Positions 1-10,030 are shown, numbered from the stretch's first letter. The stretch: DNA of 59,131 bases from Klebsiella pneumoniae (GCA_945906755.1 CAMDRJ010000002.1:1-59131); one strand, 5' to 3'. A program made the numbers and translations. The notes: generated from the letters alone by a model not told the origin.

Positions 1-119
1 GACAAGCGGTTGGACCAATTGAAGCTGCAGTACTAGAGGGCCACCGCCGGGTGGCCCAAAAACCGTGCGGCCGCGTTAGCGACCGCTTCTAGCCGCTTCG
101 AGCGGCTCACAAACTAAAG

Positions 120-138
120 CCCCCGGCTCTGCCGGGGG
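120..138. terminator. GC-rich hairpin (CCCCCGGC-TCT-GCCGGGGG) with A/T-rich flanks. Possible bidirectional terminator about 190 nt downstream of the livF-like gene.
   Basis: Perfect 8-bp stem with a 3-nt loop, read directly. The minus-strand transcript would continue CTTTAGTTT after the stem and the plus strand continues ATATTTAC. Confidence 0.4.
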
Positions 139-327
139 ATATTTACTGACTAGTAGCCAGACGACATAGGCAACGAAAAGGTAGGGCGAAAATTCTAGCG
201 AGGGGAACACGGCTTACCGATTCATCTGCTGGACGTGAGGCAGGCTAAGCGGAGCAATCGTGAGTGTCAACGCGGAACCGGTTCAATCGTGCGCTGGTAA
301 CGCATTCAACCTTGGTCATGACGATGG

Positions 328-1041
328 CTAGACGCCGAGGTAGCGATGCCAGAGACCACGGTCTGCATCGAGTGCGCGGGAATCCCCCTGCCACACCACG
401 CGGCCCCGCTCGATGATGGTATGGCGATCGGCCAGCCTCACCAGTCGCTCGATATATTTGTCGACCACCAGAATGGTCTGCCCCGCCTCTTTGAGTGCTT
501 GCAGACAGCGCCAGATTTCTTCGCGAATCAGCGGCGCGAGACCCTCGGTCGCTTCGTCGAGAATCAGCAGGTGCGGATTGGTCATGAGCGCGCGGCCGAT
601 CGCGAGCATCTGCTGTTCGCCGCCGGAAAGCTGATTCCCCATGTTTTGGGCGCGCTCGGCCAGCCGCGGGAACAAACCGATCACGCGATCGAAGGTCCAG
701 GGCGAGGCGGTACCGCTGCGATTGGCCGCAAAGGCGATCAGGTTTTCACGCACCGTCAGATTAGGAAAAATCTGCCGGCCTTCGGGCACCAGTGCGATGC
801 CCATGCGCGCGATGCGATCGGTTTCCGTGCGCTCGATCCGCGTAGCGCGAAACGTGATGGCACCGGCGCGCGCAGGCGTGAGGCCCATGATCGATCGGAT
901 GGTGGTGGACTTCCCCATGCCGTTGCGACCAAGCAACGTGACGACCTCACCCGGGCGAACATCAAGTGAGATGCCGAACAAGACCTGGCTTGTGCCGTAG
1001 GCGGCTTCCAACTGCTCGACCTGTAGCAGGAAGTCAGCCAT
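328..1041 (-). CDS. Branched-chain-amino-acid-type ABC transporter ATP-binding protein (LivF-like)
   Basis: Walker A GRNGMGKST, signature LSGGEQQ, Walker B LLILDE. The start was trimmed to MADFLLQ because ATGGCTGA overlaps the upstream ATPase stop by 8 nt. The track ORF extends to 1053. Confidence 0.9.
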   Translation of the reverse strand: MADFLLQVEQLEAAYGTSQVLFGISLDVRPGEVVTLLGRNGMGKSTTIRSIMGLTPARAGAITFRATRIERTETDRIARMGIALVPEGRQIFPNLTVRENLIAFAANRSGTASPWTFDRVIGLFPRLAERAQNMGNQLSGGEQQMLAIGRALMTNPHLLILDEATEGLAPLIREEIWRCLQALKEAGQTILVVDKYIERLVRLADRHTIIERGRVVWQGDSRALDADRGLWHRYLGV

Positions 1042-1792
1042 GCACGGTCTCATCGCCCAGGTAGGCGCGTTTCACTTCGTCATTGGCGCGGATCTCCGCA
1101 GGCGTGCCGGTGGCAATGATGCGTCCTGATACCAACACCGAAATACGATCGGCCAAACGGAATACCGCATCCATATCGTGTTCAATCAGGAGCACCGATC
1201 GGGTTGCGCGCAGACCACTGATGAGTGGAATCATGCGCTCCGACTCCTCCGGGCCCATGCCCGCCATTGGTTCATCGAGCATCACGCATAACGGCTTGGT
1301 GGCCAACGCAAGGCCTACTTCGAGCTGGCGTTGTTCACCATGCGCGAGAAAGCCCGAGACGATTTCTTCGCGGCCGGCCAGACCCACATCCTTCACGATG
1401 GCACGCGCCTCGTCATAGAGAGCCGCTTCGCTTTTGATCGGGCGCCAGAACGACAGACTCGTTCCGCTGCGTGCCTGCACCGCCAAAACGATGTTATCGA
1501 TCACCGTATGCCGACGGAAAATGCTCGTGATCTGATACGAGCGCGCAAGTCCGGCGCGGACCCGATCGTGTGCGGGCGTTGTCGTGATGTCGGTGCCATT
1601 GAAGCGTATCGAGCCCGCATCGGCGGCGACTGCGCCCGACAGTTGATGGACCAGCGTGGTCTTGCCGGCGCCATTCGGTCCGATCAGTGCATGAATTTCG
1701 CCTTGCACAACATCGAGCGTCACCGCATCGGTGGCGACTAATCCACCGAAGCGCTTGGTGAGGCCTTGCACCTCGAGAACCGGTTTAACCAT
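1034..1792 (-). CDS. Branched-chain-amino-acid-type ABC transporter ATP-binding protein (LivG-like)
   Basis: Walker A GPNGAGKTT, Walker B VMLDEP, LivG-type N-terminus MVKPVLEVQGLTKRFGG. The start was trimmed from 1855 to 1792, giving an 8-nt overlap with the permease stop. Confidence 0.9.
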   Translation of the reverse strand: MVKPVLEVQGLTKRFGGLVATDAVTLDVVQGEIHALIGPNGAGKTTLVHQLSGAVAADAGSIRFNGTDITTTPAHDRVRAGLARSYQITSIFRRHTVIDNIVLAVQARSGTSLSFWRPIKSEAALYDEARAIVKDVGLAGREEIVSGFLAHGEQRQLEVGLALATKPLCVMLDEPMAGMGPEESERMIPLISGLRATRSVLLIEHDMDAVFRLADRISVLVSGRIIATGTPAEIRANDEVKRAYLGDETVHG

Positions 1793-2735
1793 CCTTGTTT
1801 CCTCGCAGGGCGCCCCGCCATTTATCGATGAGGCCTGCAATGCCTTGCGGTGCAAACAGCACGATCACCAGCAGTACCAATCCCACATAGAGCTTCGAGA
1901 AGATCGTGTAAGGCGAGATCAACTCATCGAGAAATAACAGGACGAACGCGCCGATCACCCCGCCATACAGGTAGGCCAGGCCACCGAGAATCACCATGAT
2001 CATCAGCTCGCCCGAGACCGGCCAATGCAATAGATTCGGATTGACGAACTTGGTCTGATTGGCGATCAGCGCACCGGCCAAGCCGCATACGCCGCCTGCG
2101 ATCACGAAGCAGACGAGTTTGTATTTGAAGGTTGGAAAGCCGATCGTCGCCATGCGCGTTTCGTTCTCGCGAATGGCTTGGATCACGTTGCCGAAGCGCG
2201 CCTTGACCAGACGCTGGCAGAGGTACAACGCGACCACGAGTACACCGAGGCACACATAGTAGAAGGTCACATCGTTCTTGAGATCGACGCCAAATCCAAC
2301 GACCGATCGGCTTGGCAGATTGATGCCCTCTTCACCCCCATACGCTTTGAGTCCGAGCACGATGTAGTACATCATTTGCGCGAACGCGAGCGTGATCATG
2401 ATGAAATACACCCCGCGCGTGCGAAGACAGATCGCGCCGATTACCCAGGCCAGCAATGCGGAAACAATCATAGCGAGCGGCCACGTAATCCACGCACTCG
2501 TGACGCCATGGACCATCGCGATACCCACGCAGTACGCGCCCGCACCGAAGAATGCCGCATGGCCGAAGCTCACCATGCCGCCATAGCCCAGGATCAAATT
2601 GAGCGTCGTCGCCGCCACCGCATAGATCAGGATGCGGCTTGCGAAGCTCACATAGAACAACTCATCGAGCGCCTGCGCGACCAATGGAAACGCGATCGCA
2701 AGCGCAAGCAATACAAGGTTGAGCGTTTTGTTCAT
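1785..2735 (-). CDS. ABC transporter permease (LivM-like)
   Basis: 316-aa polytopic hydrophobic ORF. ATGA start/stop overlap with the upstream permease gene. Sits in an operon with Liv-type ATPases. Confidence 0.88.
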   Translation of the reverse strand: MNKTLNLVLLALAIAFPLVAQALDELFYVSFASRILIYAVAATTLNLILGYGGMVSFGHAAFFGAGAYCVGIAMVHGVTSAWITWPLAMIVSALLAWVIGAICLRTRGVYFIMITLAFAQMMYYIVLGLKAYGGEEGINLPSRSVVGFGVDLKNDVTFYYVCLGVLVVALYLCQRLVKARFGNVIQAIRENETRMATIGFPTFKYKLVCFVIAGGVCGLAGALIANQTKFVNPNLLHWPVSGELMIMVILGGLAYLYGGVIGAFVLLFLDELISPYTIFSKLYVGLVLLVIVLFAPQGIAGLIDKWRGALRGNKDG

Positions 2736-3652
2736 CCGCGTGCCGGAAAGAGTCCCTGCGGCTTCCAGAACAACACGCCCGCCATGAGAACGTAAATGAG
2801 GATCGAGGCAAGCGCCGGGCCCGCGTTTGATGCGACTTGCGGCGAGAAGAATTCTCGCAGCAACACCGGAATGACGGTACGCCCAAGCGTATCGACGATG
2901 CCTACCAGCAATGAGCCGACGAACGCACCGCGTATCGAACCGATGCCACCGATAACGATCACCACGAACGCAAGAATCAGAATGTCTTCGCCCATGCCGA
3001 CTTGCACGGCGAGAATCGGCCCAAGCATCATGCCGGCAATCGCGCAGAGCGCCGCGCCAAATCCAAACACCAGCGTAAAGAGCGTCTTGATGTTCACGCC
3101 CATCGCGGTAGCCATTTCGCGGTTGGACGCCCCGGCCCGCACCAGCATGCCGGTCTTCGTTTTGGTGACGAGAAGAAAGAGGCCAATTGCGACCAGCACG
3201 CCGACGGCAATGATGACTAGCCGAAACGACGAATAGGAGAGCCCAGGCAGTAATTCCACCGGACCGGACAACAAGGCCGGTGTGCTAAGTGGCATCGGTT
3301 GCGATCCCCAGATGATGCGTACGAGCTCATTGGTAATGAGGATCAGCGCAAAGGTGGCCAGCACCTGCGACATGTGATCGCGCGCATAGAGTCGCCTGAG
3401 AATCGTGATCTCAAGTGTCATGCCGACAATCGCCGTGGCCGCCAGTGTGAGCGGAATCGCGGCGATGAATGAACCAGTGAGCTGCACAAACGTCGCCGCG
3501 AAATACGCCCCGATCATATAGAGCGAGCCGTGCGCGAGATTGATCATGTCCATTATCCCGAACACCAGCGTCAACCCTGCGGCAAGCAAAAACAGCATCA
3601 AGCCGAATTGCAAACCGTTCAGGGATTGTTCGAGGAGGAGGATGCCTGACAT
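2732..3652 (-). CDS. ABC transporter permease (LivH-like)
   Basis: 306-aa polytopic ORF with the LivH-type N-terminus LLEQSLNGLQFGLMLFLLAAGLTLVFG. Confidence 0.88.
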   Translation of the reverse strand: MSGILLLEQSLNGLQFGLMLFLLAAGLTLVFGIMDMINLAHGSLYMIGAYFAATFVQLTGSFIAAIPLTLAATAIVGMTLEITILRRLYARDHMSQVLATFALILITNELVRIIWGSQPMPLSTPALLSGPVELLPGLSYSSFRLVIIAVGVLVAIGLFLLVTKTKTGMLVRAGASNREMATAMGVNIKTLFTLVFGFGAALCAIAGMMLGPILAVQVGMGEDILILAFVVIVIGGIGSIRGAFVGSLLVGIVDTLGRTVIPVLLREFFSPQVASNAGPALASILIYVLMAGVLFWKPQGLFPARG

Positions 3653-3702
3653 GCGCGACGCGGTGAGGAGAGAGTGGGGAGGGCCTTCCCTTTCCCCTTC
3701 TC

Positions 3703-3733
3703 AATGAAATAGTGACGCAGTCACTATTTCATT
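3703..3733 (-). promoter_or_regulatory. Perfect 14-bp stem / 3-nt loop hairpin overlapping the stop codon of the binding-protein gene. Candidate intra-operon attenuator or mRNA-stability element.
   Basis: AATGAAATAGTGAC-GCA-GTCACTATTTCATT read directly. The stem is AT-rich in a GC-rich genome. No T-run follows on the minus strand, so it is not a canonical intrinsic terminator. Confidence 0.5.
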
Positions 3734-4893
3734 TTGCAATCGTGAAAATACGCATCCGCGCGATTCTGAAATATGACGCCTTGCGATTTATTGAAGATGC
3801 GCCCCTGACTGTCTTTGGTGGCGACGCGCAGATAGTAGTTCTGGATCGGCATGCCGTTCACGTTGATCTTGAAATCGCCACGCACGGACTTGAATTGAGC
3901 GGCGCGGAACGCCTTGCGCAGCGCGTCTTTATCGGCGAGCTTACCGTTCACATCGCGCACGGCCGCATCGATCATCAGCGCGGTGTCGTAGCCTTGTGCG
4001 GAGAAGACGCTAGGAATCCGCTTGTATTCTTTCTCGTATTCGGCAACGAATTTTTTGTTGGCCTCGTTGTCGAGATCGACGGCCCAGTGGGCGGTGTCGA
4101 AGAGGCCAAGTATCGGTTCGCCGACCGCGCGGATGATGTCTTGGTCGGAACCAAAGCCCGGCAAGATCAGTTGAATGTCTTTCGACAGCCCACCCGCGAC
4201 AAACTGCTTGATGAAATTGATGCCCATCCCACCCGGTAGAAACGCGTAGAGGGCTTCCGGTCTCGCCGCGCGGATCTGCGCAAGTTCGGCGGAGTAATCG
4301 AGCTGACCAAGCTTGGTGTAGACCTCATCGGCCACGTTGCCCTTGTAAAAGCGCTTGAAGCCGGCGAGCGAATCCTTGCCTGCCTGGTAATTGGGCGCAA
4401 TCAAATAGGTATTCTTGAAACCCTTGGTGGTCGCATATTGGCCTGCCGCTTCGTGATAGCCGTCGTTCGGCCAAGAGGCTGCGAAGAACCACGGGCTGCA
4501 CTTTTCACCGGCAAGCGGGGAGGGCGCCGCATTCGGGCTGATGTAGAACGTGTTGTTCTCAAAGGCGGTCGGCGCCACGGCCAGCATGATGTTGGAGAAG
4601 ACGACGCCGGTAAGAAAATCGACGCGATCGCGCTTCACCATCCGCTCGGCGATCTGCTTGCCGGTTTCCGGATTGAACTGGTCATCGGCAATCTGTACCT
4701 CGGCCGCCAAGCCGCCGAACTTGTTGCCGGCCAGCTTGACCGCGAGATTGAAGCCGTCGCGGATGTCGATCCCGATCGCCGCGCTCGGGCCAGACAGCGT
4801 GGAAACAAAGCCGATCTTGACTTTGTCTTGGGCGTGGACGGGCAGGGCGAGTGCGCAGGCAAGCCCGCAAACCGCTAACAGGGTGCTTTTCAT
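3724..4893 (-). CDS. Liv-type (LivK/Leu-Ile-Val-binding family) periplasmic substrate-binding protein, copy 1
   Basis: 389 aa with a signal peptide ending VHAQ. Family blocks KIGFVSTLSGPSAAIG and LPGGMGINF. Adjacent to Liv-type permeases. Confidence 0.88.
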   Translation of the reverse strand: MKSTLLAVCGLACALALPVHAQDKVKIGFVSTLSGPSAAIGIDIRDGFNLAVKLAGNKFGGLAAEVQIADDQFNPETGKQIAERMVKRDRVDFLTGVVFSNIMLAVAPTAFENNTFYISPNAAPSPLAGEKCSPWFFAASWPNDGYHEAAGQYATTKGFKNTYLIAPNYQAGKDSLAGFKRFYKGNVADEVYTKLGQLDYSAELAQIRAARPEALYAFLPGGMGINFIKQFVAGGLSKDIQLILPGFGSDQDIIRAVGEPILGLFDTAHWAVDLDNEANKKFVAEYEKEYKRIPSVFSAQGYDTALMIDAAVRDVNGKLADKDALRKAFRAAQFKSVRGDFKINVNGMPIQNYYLRVATKDSQGRIFNKSQGVIFQNRADAYFHDCKMK

Positions 4894-5081
4894 CAGGTGA
4901 TCCTCCTCGTGAAACGGGATGGTTATGACTACCGGTCAAGCGGGTGATCGCTCCTTGCGGGGCAGTATCACCGTCCTGCAAAGGGGCTATTGTAGCCAGT
5001 GTCGCACGCCGGCTTGCGTGCGCGTCTGCACCGCCACCTTCCTCCCAATGTCCCGAGTTACACGAAGGGATCGTTGCAGCG

Positions 5082-6251
5082 CTATTTCATCTTGCACTCA
5101 TGCGCATAGGCATCGCCGCGGTTCGTGAGGACGGTGCTGATGGTTTTATTGACGAGTCGCCCGTCGGCCGCCTTGCTCACGACTTGCAAGTAGTAATTTT
5201 GAATCGGAAAGTGGTTGACGTTGAATTTAAACGCACCGCGCGTGCTGCGGAAATCCGCCGCTCGCAATGCCGCGCGCAGAGCGTCTTTGTCCGCCAGATT
5301 GCCCTTTACTTTGCGCACCGCCGCATCGATGAGGAGCGCGGTGTCGTAGCCTTGTGATGCAAAGCCGGTGGGCAAGCGCTTGTGTTCGGCGTCGAAATCG
5401 GCGACGAAGCGCTTGTTGACCGGTGCATCGCTATCCATCGACCAGTGCGTGACATTAAATAGGCCTACCATCGGTTCGCCGACCGCACGGATGATGTCTT
5501 GATCCGCACTCCATGAGGGCACGACCAACTGAATGTCTTTGGAGAGGCCGCCCGCGACGAACTGCTTGACGAAGTTGATGCCCATCCCGCCCGGCAAGAA
5601 TACGTACAACGCTTCAGGTTTTGAGGCGCGGACCTGCGCAAGTTCGGCGGAATAGTCGAGCTGCCCGAGTTTGGTGAAGATCTCGTCGGCCACCTGGCCT
5701 TTAAAGAAGCGCTTAAAGCCCGAATGCGCATCCTTGCCGCCTGCGTAGTTCGGCGCAATGAAGCTCACCCGCTTGAAGCCTTTCTGCGTCACGTATTCAC
5801 CGCCTGCTTCGCTATACGCTTCGCTTGGCCATGACGCGGCAAAGAAAAACGGATTGCACTTGGCGCCCGCGAAATCCGTCGGCCCGGCATTGGGTGAAAT
5901 GAAAAACGTTTGGTTTTCGATCGCGGCCGGTGCAATCGCGAGCACGATGTTCGAGAACACGGTGCCAGTCATGAAATCCACGCGCTCACGGCGCAGCAAC
6001 CGCTCAGCGTGCTGCTTGCCGGTTTCCGGATTCAACTGGTCATCGGCGATGATCACCTCGGTAGGCAATCCGCCCAATTGACCGCCTAGATGTTTCACCG
6101 CGAGGTTGAAGCCGTCACGAATATCGAGCCCGATCGCGGCGCTTGGGCCGGAGAGCGTGCTCACGAAGCCGATCTTCACTTTGTCGGCCGCGATGGCCGT
6201 GGAGGACAGGGCGAGTGCGGCACCCAGCAAGACAGTGCGAATTGCGTTCAT
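5082..6251 (-). CDS. Liv-type periplasmic substrate-binding protein, copy 2 (tandem paralog)
   Basis: Also 389 aa and collinear with copy 1. Long identical runs (DKVKIGFVSTLSGPSAAIG, LGQLDYSAELAQ, KQFVAGGLSKDIQL, DQDIIRAVGEP). Both copies end in CKMK. Confidence 0.88.
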   Translation of the reverse strand: MNAIRTVLLGAALALSSTAIAADKVKIGFVSTLSGPSAAIGLDIRDGFNLAVKHLGGQLGGLPTEVIIADDQLNPETGKQHAERLLRRERVDFMTGTVFSNIVLAIAPAAIENQTFFISPNAGPTDFAGAKCNPFFFAASWPSEAYSEAGGEYVTQKGFKRVSFIAPNYAGGKDAHSGFKRFFKGQVADEIFTKLGQLDYSAELAQVRASKPEALYVFLPGGMGINFVKQFVAGGLSKDIQLVVPSWSADQDIIRAVGEPMVGLFNVTHWSMDSDAPVNKRFVADFDAEHKRLPTGFASQGYDTALLIDAAVRKVKGNLADKDALRAALRAADFRSTRGAFKFNVNHFPIQNYYLQVVSKAADGRLVNKTISTVLTNRGDAYAHECKMK

Positions 6252-6346
6252 GCGGTTCTCCTGGTGGCTCGACGGTGGCGCGTGCCTGGTTGATCAGTAG
6301 CTGAACCTTATTGGGTGCGCGGCAGGCCGTCAAGCCGGGGGCGCAA

Positions 6347-8065
6347 TTAACGTTCGGCGCCGTCAACCCGCTCCAGCGGCCAGTCCATCGCACCGCTATG
6401 GGTCACGGCGCCGAGATTCGCCGGGCCCACGAGCTTTGCATATTTTTCCAAGGCACCGGCGAGGCGCTCGCTCTGTCGCGGCGTCCATGCCGCGCGGCGC
6501 TTTGCTAGTTCGCTGTCTGTGACCAATAGCTCGATGGTGCGAGCGTTGCAATCGATGCGAATTCGATCACCATTCTTGAGCAATGCAATCGCGCCGCCCT
6601 CCGCCGCCTCCGGGCAGGCGTAGCCGATACACATCCCGCGTGTCGCACCCGAGAAGCGGCCATCCGTCAGCAAGGCGACCTTCTCGCCCATGCCTTGTCC
6701 ATAGATGAGGGCGGTGGTGCCGAGCATTTCGCGCATGCCCGGCCCGCCCTTGGGGCCTTCATTGCGGATGACCAGCACATCGCCCGCTTCGTAGCGTCGC
6801 TCGCGCACGGCGGTCGTGCAGTCTTCCTCGCATTCAAATACAAGCGCGGTGCCCTCGAAGACGAGCGCTTTCAATCCGGCGATCTTGATCAGTGCGCCAT
6901 CTGGGCAGAGATTGCCCTTCAGCACCACCACGCCGCCGGTTGGATGCAGCGCGTTGGCAACCGCACGCACGACTTTGCCATCGGGGCCCTTCACCGTTCG
7001 CATTGACTCGGCAAGCGTTCTACCCGACAAGGTCAATGCATCGCCATGCAGGTAGCCGCCATCGAGCAGCGCTTTGACGACGGCGCTTACGCCACCTGCA
7101 TAGTGCAAATCGCGCGCAAGATACTTGCCGCCTGGTTGCAGATCGCCGATCAGTGGCGTGCGTTGGAAGACTTCAGCGACATCATCGAGCGTGAAACGGA
7201 TGCCTGCTTCATGCGCGATCGCGGGCAGATGGAGCGCCGCATTGGTCGAGCCGCCTGTTGCCGCAACGGTGGCAGCGGCGTTTTCGAGCGATTTTCGCGT
7301 GACCAGTTCGCGTGGCAACGGACCGCCATCGCGCAGAATCCGCAACACCGTAGCGCCCGCGGCGCGCGCCAAGGCGAGGCGATCGGAGTACACCGCAGGC
7401 AGCATCGCAGAGCCGGGTAGCGCAAGGCCCAGCACTTCGGACACCATTGCCATCGTATTGGCGGTGAATTGCCCGGGACATGAACCGACCGTGGGCGAGC
7501 ATTCCCGCTCCATCGCGTTTAGCACCTCTTCCGTCATCGTGCCGGCCAACACGCTGCCGACGCCTTCGTAAGCATTGACCGCGCTGATCGGTTTGCCCTC
7601 GAATTCGCCCGGCAGCATCGCCCCGCCATACATGAACACCGACGGACAATTGAGCCGCACCATGGCCATCATGATGCCAGGCAGTGTTTTGTCGCAACCG
7701 GCCAAGCCGATCAATGCGTCGTAGGCATGTCCACGCACGACCAGTTCGATGGAATCGGCGATCAGTTCGCGCGACAACAGGCTCATGCGCATGCCGCGAT
7801 GATTCATCGAGATGCCATCGGACACCGAAATAGTGGTGAATTCGAACGGCGTGCCACCGGCTGCCCACACACCCGCCTTGGCGGCTTCTGCTTGTGGTCG
7901 CAACGACAATGAACACGGCGTGTTTTCGCCATGCGTGCTCATGACGCCGATAAAGGGCTTGGCCATCGCCTCATCATCGAGACCCATGGCGCGCAGGAAC
8001 GTGCGATGCGGTAGCCGGTCGAGGCCTTCGGTGGCCACGCGCGAGCGTTTCTTGAGATCAGCCAA
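6347..8065 (-). CDS. IlvD/Edd-family dehydratase (dihydroxy-acid or sugar-acid dehydratase paralog)
   Basis: 572 aa with family blocks KPFIGV...[21 protein letters not shown] and TDGRFSG. Apparent TTG start overlaps the aldolase stop (TTGGCTGA). Confidence 0.88.
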   Translation of the reverse strand: MADLKKRSRVATEGLDRLPHRTFLRAMGLDDEAMAKPFIGVMSTHGENTPCSLSLRPQAEAAKAGVWAAGGTPFEFTTISVSDGISMNHRGMRMSLLSRELIADSIELVVRGHAYDALIGLAGCDKTLPGIMMAMVRLNCPSVFMYGGAMLPGEFEGKPISAVNAYEGVGSVLAGTMTEEVLNAMERECSPTVGSCPGQFTANTMAMVSEVLGLALPGSAMLPAVYSDRLALARAAGATVLRILRDGGPLPRELVTRKSLENAAATVAATGGSTNAALHLPAIAHEAGIRFTLDDVAEVFQRTPLIGDLQPGGKYLARDLHYAGGVSAVVKALLDGGYLHGDALTLSGRTLAESMRTVKGPDGKVVRAVANALHPTGGVVVLKGNLCPDGALIKIAGLKALVFEGTALVFECEEDCTTAVRERRYEAGDVLVIRNEGPKGGPGMREMLGTTALIYGQGMGEKVALLTDGRFSGATRGMCIGYACPEAAEGGAIALLKNGDRIRIDCNARTIELLVTDSELAKRRAAWTPRQSERLAGALEKYAKLVGPANLGAVTHSGAMDWPLERVDGAER

Positions 8066-8831
8066 GTGCTTCTTCTCCGCGCGGTTGTCGAATCACGCGC
8101 CGCGCAAAATGGTTGAAGGTGGCATTGACGATTTCCGGCGTCAACAGAAAATCATGAATGTCGCGTGCGTGTTCCTTGTTGATCGATTTGATCAGTCCGG
8201 CGCCCTGCGCGCGCAATTGCATGCGTGCGGCGCGTTCGATGTTGATCGCAAGATAGGTGGCTTCGGCAATCGATCCCCCGACCGACAACTGACCATGATG
8301 CGCGAGCAAGATGGCCCGCTTGCTGCCGAGCGTGCGCGCCACCGCCTCGCCGCCTTGTTCGGTGATCCGGCCCTCCGGCCATTCGGCCAGATGCGCACAT
8401 TCGTCGTAGAGCATCGCGCTGTCCATATGCGAGACGACCAGCGGTTGCCCAATCATCGTGAGGGCGCTGCAATAGGGCGGCTGCGTATGAATGATCGCAG
8501 TGACATCGGGTCGTGCGCGATAAATCGCCAGGTGCAGGCGCACCGCCGGATGCGGCATGCCCGCGCCATGGAGGAGCCGCAGATTGTCATCGATGCGGAT
8601 CATGATCGAAGCGATCGCCTCGTCGAACCCAAGCCCAAGCGGTAAGGTCCAGTAGCCGCCTTCTTTTGCGCGCAGCGTGATCTGGCCCGACAGCCCGGCG
8701 ACATGTCCTTCGCTCGCGAGTATTCGGCATGCCAGGGCAAGACGCTGCTTCGGTGTCCAGTCGGGCATTGCCAGCCATTTGCGGATCTCCGCGCTGGTGG
8801 CCTCTTGCGTCCCAAGGTTCGAAATTTCCAC
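8058..8831 (-). CDS. Class II aldolase/adducin-family protein
   Basis: 257 aa. Family pattern SGQITLR, His-containing blocks HLAIY, IHTQPP and LAHHGQL. GTG start with GGAG upstream. An alternative start is at MPDWTPKQ. Confidence 0.8.
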   Translation of the reverse strand: MEISNLGTQEATSAEIRKWLAMPDWTPKQRLALACRILASEGHVAGLSGQITLRAKEGGYWTLPLGLGFDEAIASIMIRIDDNLRLLHGAGMPHPAVRLHLAIYRARPDVTAIIHTQPPYCSALTMIGQPLVVSHMDSAMLYDECAHLAEWPEGRITEQGGEAVARTLGSKRAILLAHHGQLSVGGSIAEATYLAINIERAARMQLRAQGAGLIKSINKEHARDIHDFLLTPEIVNATFNHFARRVIRQPRGEEALG

Positions 8832-9003
8832 GGCACGGCTCCATCGATTGCCAAGGTGGGCGGGTCGCTGTGCCCGATCGCGACCGATTCGTTACTATAC
8901 CGGCCATTGCTGCCCTGCTGCGAACCGGCGGGCGGCACATCCGAGTCCACAGGCTTCTACATAGTGGCAGCACGAGTTCACCCTTCGAGGAGGATCCATC
9001 ATC

Positions 9004-10026
9004 ATGAATCGATTGCTTATCGGCTTGGCCGCGCTGGCGTTGGCAGTGGGCGCGATGCCCGCATCGGCGCAGACGGAAATTACGTTCTCAACCTGGGTGC
9101 CCGCCAATCACCCGATCAACAAATACGTGTTCGAAGTGTGGGGCGCCGAAGTCGAGAAGGCGACCAAGGGCAGCGTTAAATTCCGGATTCTTGCCAAGCC
9201 GATCGCCGCACCCAATCAGCATTACGATGCGGTAGTCAAAGGGCAGGTCGATGCGGCCTATGCCACCTATGGCTATCAACCTGAACGCTTCATGCCTTAT
9301 TTGATTGCCGAGCTGCCGGCGCTTGGCGAGACTGCCGTGCACAACGGCGTGGCGCTGTGGCGTACGCACAAGGGGCATATCGAGAAAGCCGGCATCCATA
9401 ACGATGTGCATATGCTTGGCGTGATGACGCATGGCCCCGGCATGATGCACCACTCGAAAAAACTGATCCTCAATCCCGATGACCTCAAAGGTCAGAAGGT
9501 GCGCGTCGGCGGCGACGTTCCGAAGGCCATCATCGAAGCATTTGGTGGGGTCGTGATTTCCCAGCCGGCGCCAAAATCGTATGAGATTCTTTCGGCCGGC
9601 ATTGCCGATGGCATCATGTTCCCGACCGAATCCCTCAAGAGTTTCAACATCGCCAATCTCGTGACCCACACGACGTTCGTGAAGGGCGGGCTCTATAGCT
9701 CATCATTCTGGTTTGCCATCAATAAAGACAAATGGGCGAAATTCACGAAGGATCAGCAAGACGCGATCAACCGTGTATCGGGCGAAGCGTTCGCGCGCTT
9801 GGCGGGTGCTGGATGGGATCGCGCGGACCGCGAAGGCGTGGAAGCGATGAAGGCCGCCGGTGGCAAGATGCAGGAGATGTCGCCTGCGTTTGTCGCCGAA
9901 CTGCGCAAGCTCACCGACAAGCTGGAAGGCGAGTACGCGGCCAAGATGGACAAAATGGGACTGAACGGCAAGGAGGTCATCCGAGCATTCCGAGCCGAGG
10001 TGACCAAGGTCGCCGCCGGCAACTAG
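9004..10026 (+). CDS. TRAP transporter substrate-binding protein (DctP family)
   Basis: 340 aa with a signal peptide ending ASAQ and GAGGAGG upstream of the ATG. Followed by DctQ- and DctM-like genes. Confidence 0.88.
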   Translation: MNRLLIGLAALALAVGAMPASAQTEITFSTWVPANHPINKYVFEVWGAEVEKATKGSVKFRILAKPIAAPNQHYDAVVKGQVDAAYATYGYQPERFMPYLIAELPALGETAVHNGVALWRTHKGHIEKAGIHNDVHMLGVMTHGPGMMHHSKKLILNPDDLKGQKVRVGGDVPKAIIEAFGGVVISQPAPKSYEILSAGIADGIMFPTESLKSFNIANLVTHTTFVKGGLYSSSFWFAINKDKWAKFTKDQQDAINRVSGEAFARLAGAGWDRADREGVEAMKAAGGKMQEMSPAFVAELRKLTDKLEGEYAAKMDKMGLNGKEVIRAFRAEVTKVAAGN

Positions 10027-10030
10027 CACA

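Noticed and set aside
140-327. Possible RNase P RNA, tmRNA or SRP RNA fragment, based on short resemblances such as AGATGAAT and GATTGCT on the minus strand
   Set aside because: Only scattered 6-8-mers match my recollection of those RNAs. The universally conserved cores are absent, for example GGAAAGTCCGG and ACAGAACCCGGCTTA for RNase P, or a tag ORF plus tRNA-like end for tmRNA.
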